A stretch of 64,000 bases of DNA, taken from contig OX597824.1 of NCBI GenBank assembly GCA_951406725.2, positions 77,128,001 to 77,192,000 on the forward strand, read 5' to 3'. A program made the translations under genes and the position numbers. The notes beneath the pieces were generated by a model that saw only the letters and a program-made list of their open reading frames with translations, had not been told where the DNA came from and did no database searches. Shown here piece by piece: positions 13,114 through 27,739 of the stretch. The DNA is from Octopus vulgaris. Taxonomy: Eukaryota. Each line of letters begins with the position of its first letter. The first letter of the stretch is position 1.

Positions 13114-13728
13114 TAAGAAAATTATGATACTGATGATGATGCTGATGATGATGATGGTGGACACAATGAAGATGATGATGACAGAGAAGATGATGGTGAT
13201 AATGATAACAGAGATGATGATGATGATAATGATGGAAATGATGATGGTGATGACAATGATGATGATGATGGTAATGGCAGTCATGACAACCATGATGACA
13301 ACAAGACAACAATGACAACAAAAATACTGATAGGAAACAACAACTACAGCTAACAACTCAATACTAGAACAAAAACTCAAAGTAAATTCTAGTTAAAGTA
13401 TCATTAAAAAAAAATGTGAAAAATATAACCAAAAAGCAACAAAAAAAAAATTCTCAAGTTTCTCTCTACTTTTCCTTAACTTTCATTTTTGTTTTCTTAA
13501 CATTTGTTTTATTATCACATGGTTTATTTATTGTAACAAGATTTTCAAATAATTGCTTTGAGTTGATTGAAGTATTGCTACTGTTTATGCAAGTCAAGCC
13601 AGCCACTCCACCACTCGTTTTCATTTGATTTGCTGTGAAATCTGCATGCAAAATTACTCATTCTAGTGGCTAAGAATTTAATAGTGTGTTTACAAAAATA
13701 TATAAACCCAACAAGCTCCTTACAATCT

Positions 13729-14261
13729 TTAACACTTTAGCATTTAAACCAGCTGTATTTTTTTTTTTTATGCGCCCTTTTCAAGCCTAGCCAGGCTCAT
13801 GGGCCCGGTTTCCCAGTTTCTGTGGCATATGTGTTATCCCCCAGCGGGACAGGACGCCAGTCCATCGCAGCGTTACTCAAGAAACAGGAAGAGAGAGTGA
13901 GAGAAAGTTGGGGCAAAAGAGTACAACAGGAGTCGCCACCACCCCCTGCCTGAGCCTCGTGGAGCTTTAGGTGTTTTCGCTCAATAAACATACACAATGC
14001 CCAGTGAGTCTGGGAATTGAAACCGCAATCCTCCAACCACGAGTCTGTTGCCCTAACCACTGGGCCATTGCACCTCCACAAAAACCAGCTGTATCCAATC
14101 TGAATATTCTACCTGTTTTATGTTCAAACTGGCCATATCCTGCTTCTCACACCTATCCTATTGTCATTCTAGAAATATACAATCATATTGAAATCTCTAA
14201 ACAACAAGATAATCCATGATTAATTCAAAATAATAAGGTAATCTGAATATTAAAGGGTTAA
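13729..14261. mobile_element. TTAA-flanked (piggyBac-like) MITE interrupted by SINE D
   Basis: ttaa-cactttagcatt ... aatattaaaggg-ttaa. A related MITE follows directly (about 14258-14469) and another lies at about 40955-41177. Confidence 0.65.
13759..14080 (-). mobile_element. tRNA-headed poly(A)-tailed SINE family D with a 13-bp TSD
   Basis: Minus strand tggcccagtgg (A box), ggtttcaattccc (B box) and poly(A) tail. aaaccagctgtat is duplicated at 13746-13758 and 14082-14094. Confidence 0.9.
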
Positions 14262-14849
14262 CCTTTTAGCATTCAGATTATTCTGACTAATTAATCAAGG
14301 ATTATCTTGTATGATGCAATTGTTAATTCTGAGAATGACATTGTAGGATAGGTGTGAGAGGCCAGATCTGGTTGGTTTGGATATAAAATACGCGAAATAT
14401 TTAGGCCACATATGACCCAAATATTTAATCCTTTAGCATGATCATTATTTGACCATGCTGAAAGGTTAATACAAAAAATACTGCTAAGAGCTGATGTGCT
14501 GAAGTTCTAGATAAGATGAACATGGCTGGAAATTTCTATGAAGTGCTGTGTTTGATCAGCAATCTCCATACTATGATGCAGGTTGAATACAAAAGGGGGG
14601 AAAATACAAAAGCTAGAGATTAAGGAAACTAGTGATGGTCAACCACTGGCAAATCAGAAATCGAAAGCAAAACTAAAAAAAAAATCAATAAACAAAGAAA
14701 GACAATACAGTTCTATATTTAAGAGATGAGGAATTATATACATTATATAGATTATTTACATTTGATGGATATTTGTCCTCATCTTGTTTGTTGTTAACCA
14801 CATGTTGAGCAAAAGGGCAAAAGCTCGCTCAATCTGGGCTACTAACCTC

Positions 14850-15237
14850 ACGATTCTGAGTTTGATTCCAGGCATGAGATGCAAGAAATCACGCCTCACA
14901 AACAGCAACTACACCTGTTCACCATCATCTATGAAGCATTGGGGATGTCACAGTCTCAGTGCATATCTGCACATCATCAACCACGGCATGCCTAGCCCTC
15001 CATTTAGCGAGTGTTGACAGCAAATGGATCACCTAACCATCGGAACGTTTCCCTTCCACAAAAAGTGGAAGAGTATGCATTGCAGTTTGGTAAGGTCAGG
15101 ACAAGGCAGGACGGTCAGACAGTAATCGATGACGGATGCAATGTATGCATTCACCACCTCCGCCTGACCTTTTAGAGATAGCTTCCTCTCGGCCCATTGC
15201 TGGGTGAGAGAGGCCACCCTACTTGTTATCTTGTCCC

Positions 15238-15238
<1 letters not shown>
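14850..15238 (-). mobile_element. L1/Tx1-clade LINE reverse-transcriptase C-terminal fossil
   Basis: WAERKLSLKGQAEVVNAYIAS...FHFLWKG...NGGLGMP is the typical L1/Tx1 post-RT motif set; in-frame stops present. Confidence 0.8.
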
Positions 15239-15298
<60 letters not shown>

Positions 15299-15549
15299 GG
15301 ACGGACGGACGGACGGACGGACAGACAGACAGACAGTCAGACAGACGGACGGATGGACAGACGGACGGACGGACAAACAGACAGACAGATAGATAGGACT
15401 TGCAAAATTTGGTGGCCTACTTATAAATCTATATTTCTAACATTATATTTCTTCTCCTAAAGTATGATTTATGAATGAAATGGTTTTCTTCTGCTTCTTC
15501 TTATTTTTTTCCTTCTCCTTGTCAAACTAAAATTGATTGTCATTTACAA

Positions 15550-15593
<44 letters not shown>

Positions 15594-16325
15594 TAGGCCT
15601 TGCAAAATTTGGTGGCCTACTTTAGTGAGAATCTATCTTTCAGCTAAACATCAAAATATTTTATTTATTGCTTCAGATATACAATTATACTGAAAGTTCC
15701 AAGAAATACGAACATATGAAATAAGAGAAACATTGCTATCTTTTGACAATGTCAATACTTTATATCTCTCGATAGAAATCTTCAACAAAGCTAAGCCAGC
15801 CAATGTATATTTGTCATCTTGACATTCTTTTTCAGATTCCATTCTTTTTCTTCGAGATATAAATCTTCTAGATATTACATATTTGAAAATAAAACAGCTG
15901 GCTGCATAAGCTTAATGCCTTCTTTAGTGAGAATATCTAAGTTAAACGTAATTAAACAAGCTCAAAATTTGATGCATGGTTAATTTATTGCTTCAGATAT
16001 AAATTATATCTGAACTTAGTTCCAAGAAATAAACATATGTCTAAATAAGAGAAGTGACAGTTGCACTTCTTTTGAGTCATTTCTCTGATGGCCTTCTTTA
16101 ACTGATTTTGTTTTGTATAAATACTGAACAAGTTCACCATTTTAAACTGGAAATATCCATATGTACATACATACATTCATACATATATACATACATACAT
16201 ACATACATATATATATATACATATATATATATATGCATACATACATATTTGAAAATAAAAATGCATTCATAACTGAATTTAATGTTTCAATAGATGGAAT
16301 TCTAAGTAAATAGTCAAAAAAACCG

Positions 16326-16368
16326 CCACTACAATCGTTTCTTGTCTTGATCGACAATCTTCAGGTGG
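16326..16368 (-). ncRNA. Minimal type-I hammerhead ribozyme, intact core
   Basis: CCAC-CUGAAGA-UUGUC(GAUCAA)GACAA-GAAA-C(GAUU)G-UA-GUGG: stems I, II and III and every conserved core base are present. Confidence 0.8.
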
Positions 16369-17182
16369 ACTTCAATAAGTCAGTTTCAAATTATGAAGTT
16401 ATTATGACTTCATAATTTGAAACTGACTTATTGAAGTCCACCTGAAGATTGTCGATCAAGACAAGAAGAAGAAGAAGTGGTGACAGTTGCACTTCTTTTG
16501 AGTCATTTCTCTGATGGCCTTCTTTCCTTGTTTGTTTTGCAAAATAGTGGTTTATGTCTCTAATAATATTTTATATATATTTTACTATAAAATTGGATTT
16601 AATCCTAAATCTGATTTTTTCCTGTAAATTTGGATTTATTCCCTAATATTTATTATTTATATATACATATATATATACATGTATATATATACATATATAT
16701 ATGTGTGTGTGTATGTATATCTATATGTATTTATGCATAATTTTAATAATTATTACCTATGAGGTTTATATTCCCATGTTAGTCACTTGATATGATCGGT
16801 ATTTTAAATAACGATGTTATCCATATTTATATAAATTTATATATTTACTTCATCATTATATTCACTGCGGTGGTATTTTGACCATATCGCCCGAGGAGTT
16901 TAGGTGGGCAATTTAAATTGGTCATGTGCATATATATGTGTGTATACATGTGTATATGTAAGTATTTGTATGTTGTATACACACATATATATATATATTT
17001 GTATTTATGAGCCATTTTGCATGTATTCCATGGACGAAGGCAAAGCATTTGTTACTCAAGTCAGAAATCCAGGATCTGGAATTATCCAATAATTTTTGCT
17101 AGTTTATTTTGTCTCTTTGTCCTCTCTCCTGGTGCTGTATGAACATTTAATGTGGTTTTATGTATGTACATATATATATATA

Positions 17183-17643
<461 letters not shown>

Positions 17644-17714
17644 ACATATCTGTATACATACATATATAAATGAATATATGTACATGTGTGTGGTGTTTTG
17701 CATACACACACACG

Positions 17715-17752
<38 letters not shown>

Positions 17753-18465
17753 TGAACAAGTGATATATATATATTGCTTGTTCATTTTACACCTGTTTTT
17801 CTATTCTTTTATATGATTCATCCCTGAGGCTGTGGTTATGCTAACAAGAAATAAATGAATGCTTATTATTAAGACATATATCAAGTGTGTATATATGTGT
17901 GTTTGTATTTGTGTTTGTGTATCTGCATGTTCATGCAGCTGTGTGTGTGCTTTTGAATGTAAACACACATGTAAACACACTCTAGTAATGGGAGAAAATG
18001 CTGGCATGAGTTGAACAGTTTCACAGTTTGGGTAGCAAGCCAGAGGTCTGCACTAAGCTCCAGTCATCTGTTTTGGCATGGTATCTACAGCTAGATGCCC
18101 TTCCTAAAACCAAACATTTTACAGAGTGTACTGGGTGCTTTTTATAATACATGTTTTTTCTTGTACACACATGCACATATGCTAGTATTGAATAGTGAGA
18201 AAGAGTGCTCAACACCACATTTGGAAGAAAAGTATTCATTGTTTTGGGATTAACAAAGCAAACAATAGTTTCATGTAGAGAAAATATTTTCACAATCTTC
18301 AAGTGATCATTTTGGAATGTTGGTAATAATCTCCAATTTGAATGTGAATATATATAAATATATATATATATATAAAATCAAAATAAGCAACAAGAATGAC
18401 TCCGGTAATTTGGTACGATCGTTTAGTACTACATCATTTTATTAAATGTTGTAAGTATTACAACA

Positions 18466-18521
<56 letters not shown>

Positions 18522-18524
<3 letters not shown>

Positions 18525-18733
18525 GGGAAGCTTTATGAAAATAAACAAAAGATGAAGGCAGGTGGAGTACAAACAAACAATTGTATTAGTATGGCGCTCA
18601 GGAATATAAATAAAACAAGTCTTTTACATTTCGAGCCTACGCTCTTCAACAGAAAGATACACAGAAAAGAAACATGGAGAGAAACAAGGAGAGAAAAAAA
18701 TGCATGCAGAAGCTAGCGATTCAACATGGCGAT
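18522..18733 (-). mobile_element. Family H1 hammerhead-like element next to (TA)n
   Basis: Near-identical to 6695-6900; motif at 18620-18657. Confidence 0.75.
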
Positions 18734-18824
18734 TCATATATATGTTTATATTTATATATATAAAGAGAATAGATTAAAAGTATAGATGGGCAAACTACTG
18801 GTATTGGGTCAGTTTATGACATAA

Positions 18825-19037
18825 ATGAGGGGATGCTGAAAAGTTCTTGGGTTTGGGTAAAAGAAAATACAAGAGGATCAGTTAATTATGATTTTATGCA
18901 GTGTATTCCCCTCTCAGATTCACACACTTATTGCAGCAGTCCTTCAGTTTTTCTAAGCCCTGTAAAAAAAGTTTGGGCCTCCAACATGGCCTATTGCAAT
19001 AATTATAAAACCAGAAACTCTTTCAGTAACATCCTCA
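18825..19037. mobile_element. Mariner-type MITE
   Basis: atgaggggatgctgaaaagtt ... ctttcagtaacatcctcat terminal inverted repeats. Confidence 0.7.
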
Positions 19038-19969
19038 TAAAAATATTTATACAACACATACAGAGGAATGAATACTCTAAGAAGTTTAACTCAGAGGTAT
19101 TCAGTAAAAAATTCATTCAGAATTATTCGTAATGGTTATGGTATTCGCTGGTATACTATTGGAATAGTTACAGGTTAAATCAGTAGTATTGATATTACAT
19201 AGTGGTTTAAGGGAAGTTCTCATAGGTAAAAGCCCAAACTTTAAAGAAAAGGAAGATGTGAAAATTGTTCTTTACAGCTGTTTCAGGAATAGAGGCACAG
19301 TTTTTGTAATTCCCTGCATGCAGTCTGCAACCAGCATACAGTGACAATCTATTCTATCTTCTTCAAAGATGGGATGAATTGTCCAATCATCGGAAACAGA
19401 TGAGGGCTGGTGATAGAAAGGGTATCTGGCCATAGAAAATCTGTGTCAATAAACTCTGTCCAATCCATGCTAGCGTGAAGAAGTGGACGTTAAGACGATG
19501 ATGATGTATATATGTGTTTGTGTATGTATGTATGTATGTATGTATAGAGATGTATATGTGCATATGCATATACGTGCACACAAACACACATAATATAGAG
19601 GAGTAGAGAGGAAGAAGAGAGGAGACTAGATAATTGACAGGCCAGTTGTTGGTGGGCTATAGGCTCTAAAGATTCCAGTGGAGAAAGAAAGAGAGGAAGA
19701 AAGAAAGAAAGAAAGAAAGGAAAAAGGAGAGAGAGAGAGGAACAAAGAGAGAGAGTAAGAGAGAGAGGGAGAGAAAGGAGAGAGAGAGAGAGAGGGACAG
19801 AGGAAAGTGACAGACTGTAGCAGATGGAAAAACTAGTGAAACAATTCAAGCAATTATAACTAGAAAAGACAACAGTTACCACAAAAAGAGCAAAAAATAT
19901 TCACATTTGCTATACAAATGTCAGAGTTAGACTCACTCTCACAGTCTCTCTCGCTCTCTTTCTTTCCCT

Positions 19970-20038
<69 letters not shown>

Positions 20039-20040
<2 letters not shown>

Positions 20041-20282
20041 CCATGTTGATTCGCTAGCTTTTGCACGCATTTTTTTTTCTCTCCTTCTTTCTGTGTTTTT
20101 TTTTTCTCTGTGTATCTTTCTGTTGAAGAGCGTAGGCTCGAAACGTTAAAGACTTGTTTTATTTATATTTCCTGAGCGCCATACTAATACAATTGTTTGT
20201 TTGTATTCCACCTGCCTTCGTCTTTTGTTTATTTCCGTAAACCTGCCTTCGTCTTTTGTCTATTTTCATAAAGCTTACCGTT
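20039..20282 (+). mobile_element. Family H1 hammerhead-like element between (TA)n tracts
   Basis: tcttt-ctgttga-a-gagc(gtag)gctc-gaaacgt-t-aaaga at 20115-20152. Confidence 0.75.
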
Positions 20283-20361
20283 ATATATATATATATATAT
20301 ATATATATGTTTCTATGTGTTATGTAAGTCTGTGTGTGTGTATATATATATTATTCTTTGA

Positions 20362-20576
20362 TTTCTTTCAGTCATTTCACTGTGGCCATGCTGGAGCACC
20401 TCCTTTAGTCAAACTAATCGACCTGGGGACTTATTCTTTGCAATCCTAGTACTTATTCTATTGGTCTCTTTTGCTGAACCGCTAAGTTACAGGGGATGTA
20501 AATACACCAACATCAGTTGTCAAGCGATGATGGGGGGAACAAATACAGATACATAAACACACACAGACACACGCAC

Positions 20577-20628
<52 letters not shown>

Positions 20629-20790
20629 GATGGGCTTCTTTCAGTTTCCGTTTACCAAATCCACTCACCAGGCTTTGGTCAGCCTGAGGCTATAGTAGAA
20701 GGCACTTGCCTAAGGTGTCGCACAGTAGGACTGAACCCAGAACCATGTGGTTGGTAAGCAAGCTACTTACCATACAACCACTCCTGTGCC
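20362..20790 (-). mobile_element. SINE family A
   Basis: Homologous to 920-1310. Confidence 0.9.
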
Positions 20791-20949
20791 TATATATATA
20801 TATATATACGAGTGTGTCTGTGTGTGATGATGATGGTGATGATGGTGGTGATGATGGTAATGATGGTGGTGATGATGATGATGGTGCTGATGATGATGAT
20901 GAGTGAGTGAGCTAATCTATGACACATACATTTGATCCCTATAAAAAAC

Positions 20950-21660
20950 CAAAATTATTTATGCAAGTTATTCAGCTAAAAAACTGAACACTCATATGTC
21001 GCTTTCATAAGAGGACTCCATCATAGTACAATTTAATGTAGTGTTAGACGGTGTTCCATTAATAAATTGGCTATTTAAAATTTCACTTGGCAAAGACAGC
21101 TTCTTTTCTCAATCAGCAGAGAGAGCGAGAGAGAGATTTGCAAAGAAATTTTGCCAGAAAGTGTTCAGGCTATCGACACTGTTGAAGACATATCCTATAG
21201 CTTGAAGTTGATTTATTTGAATCTTCTGAAACATGTCATTGACGATGTGGTATAACACAATTGTGTTATCTCGCAGCCTAATCTTGTTAATCTTGCTATT
21301 ATCATAATCAATGCATTGTGGACTAAAGATTTTTCTGATTTGGTGATCTATAAAATAGCCAATGTCTACCTAAGAAAAGAAATTCTGTTTATATTTTCTC
21401 TGACTGTTTTTACTCTGAATGAGTACCTTAACCACTATGCCACATACCTTCACTGAACACATGCATATAAAGAGAAGGCTTTATATTTACTTTTTTACCA
21501 ACTACTACAGGTGCACTAGGTTATGTAACAACAGATTTGCATAAATGCCTAGAAATGATGAGGATTTTTTAAGAGACAACAAAGGAAGCTCATACATATT
21601 TTCTAAATACAATCAATTAGCAGAAGTGGGAAAAATTTACAGTACATTCCATAGATTCTC
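20950..21660 (+). mobile_element. Highly decayed hAT (Buster/ZBED5-like) transposase fossil
   Basis: KEILPESV...LKLIYLNLLKHVIDDVV*HNCVISQP aligns by eye in register with the Buster-type KEvaPEcv..HCxxH..kkm..LKsVLDDVVkiVNfikarP region. Many residues are lost. Confidence 0.45.
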
Positions 21661-22699
21661 CATTTACGTTTCCTGGAATGAATACATGCATGCTTTTACA
21701 TATGTATGTGACATACACATGCACAGACACCGGACATGTATATGTAAATAGTAGTGAAACACACAAACTTGTGCACTGAAGTGTCATGTATTCTCCTTAC
21801 AGGAAAGTGAGTTAATTCCACACATGCATCTGTGTATATACATACACTGAGTTATTCACATAATCACAAATTCCAGAAAGAGATTTGACTGAAACAAGAG
21901 AACTTTGTTACTTTGTGTACAACCAGCAGCTAGATTTAATTCAGTCACAAAGAACTAAGTGAACCCAAAGAACTAAATGATAAGTCTCAAAGAACTAAAT
22001 CATGCATGTACACTAAATGTCTAAAAAGTAATCTCAAAAATGCTGGGTTTATAAAGAAGTGCTGAGAACTTGATCAAGTTGAAACCTGTTGAAGAGGGAG
22101 ATCTAATCTAGGAAGACATGGGATGATGGAGTGCAGTCTGATTTGAAAATGTTGAATCTCAAGAAGGAGGTAAAGAGCCACAATGAGTTAATCAGGGTTC
22201 TATTATCAGTTGTATCTATCATGGTCCTCTGGACCATAACAGACCAGTTGCCCACGGAAACTCCTCTATGCTGATGACCTTGTTACTATAGCTGAATGCA
22301 TCACAACCACCATCTACAATTCTAGAGAAAATCTACCGACTGATGTAAGCATAGCAAGAAAGTCATTAAAACAATACTGGAGTTAATTGAATTTGTGATG
22401 CATAATATAGCCTACACAGGGTCCCTCCTTATATTTCTCTTAAGTACCATCTGTCACAAATCTCATAACCTTCTCGCCACTCTCTTTCACTGTTATTTAT
22501 CTTTATTGTTATCCCATCATTATGATCATCATTCCATTTTTCTATTCAACCCTTTTACCAACAACCCAGGAGTAGCTATCACTGATTCACTCTTCTATTA
22601 CTCCTTAGCTTACTGTCCTCACATTCCTATTACACTTTTTGCCCCCAATACATCAATACTCTAGTCTCTCTTCTTTCATTCTCTTGTTTATCTTCTGTC

Positions 22700-24052
22700 A
22701 ATCCATTTCCTTGCATGTTCCTTCCACATGTTCTTTCCATGTTTAGCAATTGGCACTTCTTTATACTGTTGTCCTCATCCATCTGCATCACATGACCATA
22801 CCAGCAAATTCTTCTCTCCTGCACACAACATCTGATGCCTCTTATGCCCAACTTTTCTATAAGCACATCTGTATTTTGTCAAAAATGCATATTGAGGTCG
22901 TACATTCATCAGAGCATACTTGTTTCATTTCTTTCAAGTCTTCACATGTCCTCTACATTCATAGTTCAAATTTCCCAACCATGTAGCACTACTGTTTGTT
23001 CACAGGTACCATATAATCCACCTTTAATTCTGAGAGAGGCTTTTTGTTACCAACACTGAAAGTTCTCTGAACTTTCTTCATCTAATTCTAGGAACCATAC
23101 TTTTACCGTATCCACCTCCATTGCTAATTAGGTCACCTAGATAACAGAAACCACTTTCTATTTTTAAGAAGCCTTCAGGGCATTTTGGAACATATTTCCC
23201 AACACTCTTTCTCTGTTAACCTTTCGTTCATTCCACTGCACCTCTGATGTGTCCATAGTTTGCACTGGGCATTCTATATAGAATTGCTCTCCACACCTTG
23301 TCTATATATGAAACCAGGACATTCGCCTGAAGGAATTAACGTTTTGCTTGTTCTACTGCTAATTAGAATTTTAATCTTTGCTAAGTTAACCCTAAAACCC
23401 TTTGATTCCATTTGATTTCAGGTTTTGTTTCCATACTAGGAATTTTAATTCTAATTTTTTCTATGCAATCAACTATAATAACCAGATCAACAGTATAAAC
23501 GAGTCCCCATGGGCAACTAGTCATAAATTCTTTCATTACATTTTGGAGGACTAGGATAAATAAAAGGGGACTGATAACAAATCCCTGATTTACTCCTATC
23601 TGCACTGGCTCAGGAACGGAGTTCGCTTGGGGAAGGCGGGGGGGGGGGGCAACCCAGGTCCAAAATTTTTTACACACAACGTCTTATTGTTTTTTATTAT
23701 TTCTTTCTATTCTTTGCTCTTTGAGAAGAAACCTAATATCAAGCCACTTTTTACAGATCACATTTTATGTACTGTTTTCTAAACCAAGGAAAAGTAAGTA
23801 GGGGTACAAATTCTGATTTTGCACACTCAACAGAAATCTTAAGAGGTGTGCTTGCAGCCCTGTTATCAGGCCCATGCCTACCTACACATTAAATTCTCTA
23901 CTGTACTCATTGTTAACTCCCTCATTCAGCTAATGGCATCCCTGTATATGGCATGAATGGTTCTCACTTGCCATTCACCTACTTCAAACTTTCTACTAGT
24001 AACCATCAGATGTGGAATCAAGGTGCCCTGGCAAAGGCTTTCACCAGGTCAA
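22700..24052 (-). mobile_element. RTE-clade LINE fossil (RT domain and C-terminus)
   Basis: GVNQGFVISPLLFILVL...CPWGLVYTVDLV (QG..SP.LF and YADD motifs), then GIRGIRCCVQERRICWYGHVMQMDED. Interrupted by an insert at about 23610-23870. Confidence 0.85.
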
Positions 24053-24054
24053 TG

Positions 24055-24125
<71 letters not shown>

Positions 24126-24127
24126 GA

Positions 24128-24833
24128 CAGCGGTGAGCTGGCAGAAACGTTACCATGCTGGGCAAAATGCTTAGTGGTGTTTCGTCTGATATTACGTTCT
24201 GAGTTCAAATTCCGCCAAGGCCGACTTTGCCTTTCATCCTTTTGGGGTCAATCAAAATCAAATTTGATGATTGGCATCCGTGCTAGCGGAGCGCTAAGAG
24301 TACCATATGAGTGAGATCGTTGCCAGAGCAAGAAGCTGGCCCCCGTGCCAATGGCACATTAAAAACACCATTCGAGCATGATCGCTACTTGCGTCACCTT
24401 ACTTGCACTTGTGCTGGTGGCACATGAAAAAACATTCGAGCAAAGTCATTGCCAGTGCTGCTGGACTGGCTCCTGCACCGATGGCACATAAAAAGCACCA
24501 TTTGAGCATGGCTGTGGCCAGTACCACCTAACGGGCCCTCGTGCCAGTGGCACGTAAAAGCACCCACCACACTCTCGGAGTGGTTGGCGTTAGGAAGGGC
24601 ATCCAGCTGTAGAAACTCTGCCAGATCAGACTGGTGTCTGGTATAGCCATCTGGTTCGCCAGACCTCAGTCAAATCATCCAACCCATGCTAGCATGGAGA
24701 GCAGACGTTAAACGATGATGATGATGATGATGATGATGATTGCACATTGGGGTCGATGTAATCGAATTGATCCCTTTGTCTGTCCTTGTTTGTCCCCTCT
24801 GTGTTCAGCCCCCTTGTGGGCAATAAAGAAATA
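24128..24833 (+). mobile_element. SINE family B interrupted by a full-length family C copy (about 24251-24740)
   Basis: B head gagctggcagaaacgtt...gagttcaaattcc, then C from aatcaaaatcaaatttgatg to (gat)n, then the B tail resumes. Flanked by (TAGA)n. Confidence 0.85.
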
Positions 24834-24864
24834 AGATAGATAGATTGATAGATAGATAGACAAG

Positions 24865-24924
<60 letters not shown>

Positions 24925-24993
24925 AACATAGATAGATAGATACATAGATAGATACATAGATAAATACATAGATAGATACATAGATAGATAGAT

Positions 24994-25050
<57 letters not shown>

Positions 25051-25289
25051 CAGGCACACACATACACACACACACTACATCCAGACATCATGATAGTGTA
25101 TTACAAGGAAACTGCATGATGGCAGACATCATATTTATTGGAAGCCATGTTGATGACATTAATCTCATTGATATGTGATAGGACAGATTGATATAACATT
25201 ACTGAGCAGTAAAACAGAATATATTGGGACACTGAAATGATTTGCAAATCTAATGATAATGCACGGGTGACAGTTACTGTCAGCATTAC

Positions 25290-25983
25290 AACTACTGCTG
25301 CTATGGACTTGCACTACTACCACTACTACCACCACAGCTACTACCCCACATCTACAACTGATGCTATGACTGCGGCCACGACGACGATGATCACCATTAA
25401 CACAGCTGCGGTCGTCATCACCGTCATCACCGTCATCACCACAACCATGACATGACAAGCAGCACTACTATCGCTACGACCACAACTACCACCACCAATT
25501 CAACTACCACAACCAACCACTACAGCTGACCACCAGCACTACTATCATGGTCACCCCCTCCGCACCATAGCCAATATAACTGCAAACCCCTGCTACAACC
25601 GCATGGCTATCACCACAGCCACCACAGCCACCACCACCACCACCACTACCACCAGCACCTCCACCACCACCACCACCACCACTACCACCATCACCACCAC
25701 AAAATCACCGCAAACACCATAATCACCCATACCATTATTACCACTGTCTGCGCTACAACCACAACTGCTAATGTTGTTGTTGTTGTCACCACCACTGCTG
25801 CTACTGCAAAATTACCACCATCACCACCACCACCACCACTGCCGCCGCCGCCACCACCACCACTGCCGCCGCCGCCACCACCACCACCAACGCCACAACA
25901 ACCATCACCACTCTACCACCATCGATGTTTCCCACCCACAATCATTGCAAAAACCACCACCATCACCTCTATTATCTTCACTA

Positions 25984-26015
<32 letters not shown>

Positions 26016-26435
26016 ACATTATCATCATCATCATCATCATTTAATGTCTGTTTCCCATGCAGCATCCCACCACCACCACCACATCCACCACCACCACCAC
26101 CACCACTACCACAACTACTACCATCACTATTTCTCTCCGCAATCACTGCAACAACCACCACCATCACCACCACTATCTGTACTACATCATCGTCATCCTC
26201 CTCCTCATCATCATCATTTAATGTCTGTTTTCCATGCTGCACCACCACCACCACCACCACCACCACCTACCACCACCACCATCACCACCACCGCCACCAC
26301 CACCACCATCAACACCATTACCTCAACCCCTCCACAACCGCGTTTTCACTAGCAACACCATTACCACCATTATCTGTACCAGAACCACCACTGTTAAATC
26401 TACTACTACCCTCCACCACCACCACCACCACCACA

Positions 26436-26469
<34 letters not shown>

Positions 26470-27235
26470 TTATTTGTAACAAGATGCTAATGTGTAGTCA
26501 CATGACATATTAGAAGTAGCAACCAAATTATCCTCAAATAACACCCTACAGCCTTAAAAAGAAATGACATTTCAGCTTGCAATTGTCCAAGATATATAAA
26601 AAGAGAAGATGTGCGCGTCTGGAATGTCCTTGATGCTCGACTGAGTCTGGCTTAGAGCTAAACTAACACAACAACAACAACAGCAACAGGCACAACAACA
26701 ACAACAGCAACAATAGCAATGCAACTACCAACAGTGCACCAATACCGATAGCATCCTCCTGGCAACTACCTCTACTGCTGTCTTGCTAATAATATACACC
26801 CTACCATGCCCTTTGCCAGTCGTGTCTCCATCACAACCATGATTGCCATCATCATCACCACTACTACTACCACCACCGCCACCATCGTCGTCGTCGTTGT
26901 CGTCATTGTGGCACTCATCGTTGTTGTCGTCGTTGTCGTTATCACTGTCATCGATTTCATCATCATTGGCATCATCATTATCATCACCAACATCATCATC
27001 ATCATCCTCATTACCATCATCAATGTCATCAGCACTACCATCATCACCATCATCATCATCATCGTCATCATCATCATCAATATCATCATTATCGTCATCA
27101 TCCTCATCACCATTATCATCATCATCATCATCATCATCTTCACCATCATCAGCTGCAGCAGCATCAGCTCCACCACCAATATCATCGTCGTCGTCGTCAT
27201 CATCATTGTCATCCTCATCATCATCGTCATCCTCC

Positions 27236-27289
<54 letters not shown>

Positions 27290-27291
27290 AT

Positions 27292-27322
<31 letters not shown>

Positions 27323-27706
27323 CCATCACTACCATCAGCTGCAGCAGCACCAGAAAACAGCAGCAGGACCACCACCACTACCACTACCACCACCATCACT
27401 ATCACCACAAGTGTAAAGTAGCAGCAGCAGCTGCACCAGCATCAACACCACCACCACCGCCACTGCTGCCGCCGCCGCTGCCACCACCATTGTGATTAAC
27501 ATGAACAGTTTGCTCATGTTATTATAAATATTTACATCTTCATTATCATCACTGTCCTTTGTCATTATGATCAAAATCATCATTTATAATCATCATCATC
27601 ATCATCATCACCACCATCATCATCATCATCATCATTATTATCATCCTCCTTATCATCATCTTCAGCATCATCATTTATTATCATCATCACTATCATCATC
27701 ATCACT

Positions 27707-27739
<33 letters not shown>

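Noticed and set aside
19268-19325. Hammerhead on the minus strand (GGGAAU..AUUCCU-GAAA-CAGCUG-UA)
   Set aside because: The CUGANGA core and stem I are not recoverable; at most a remnant.
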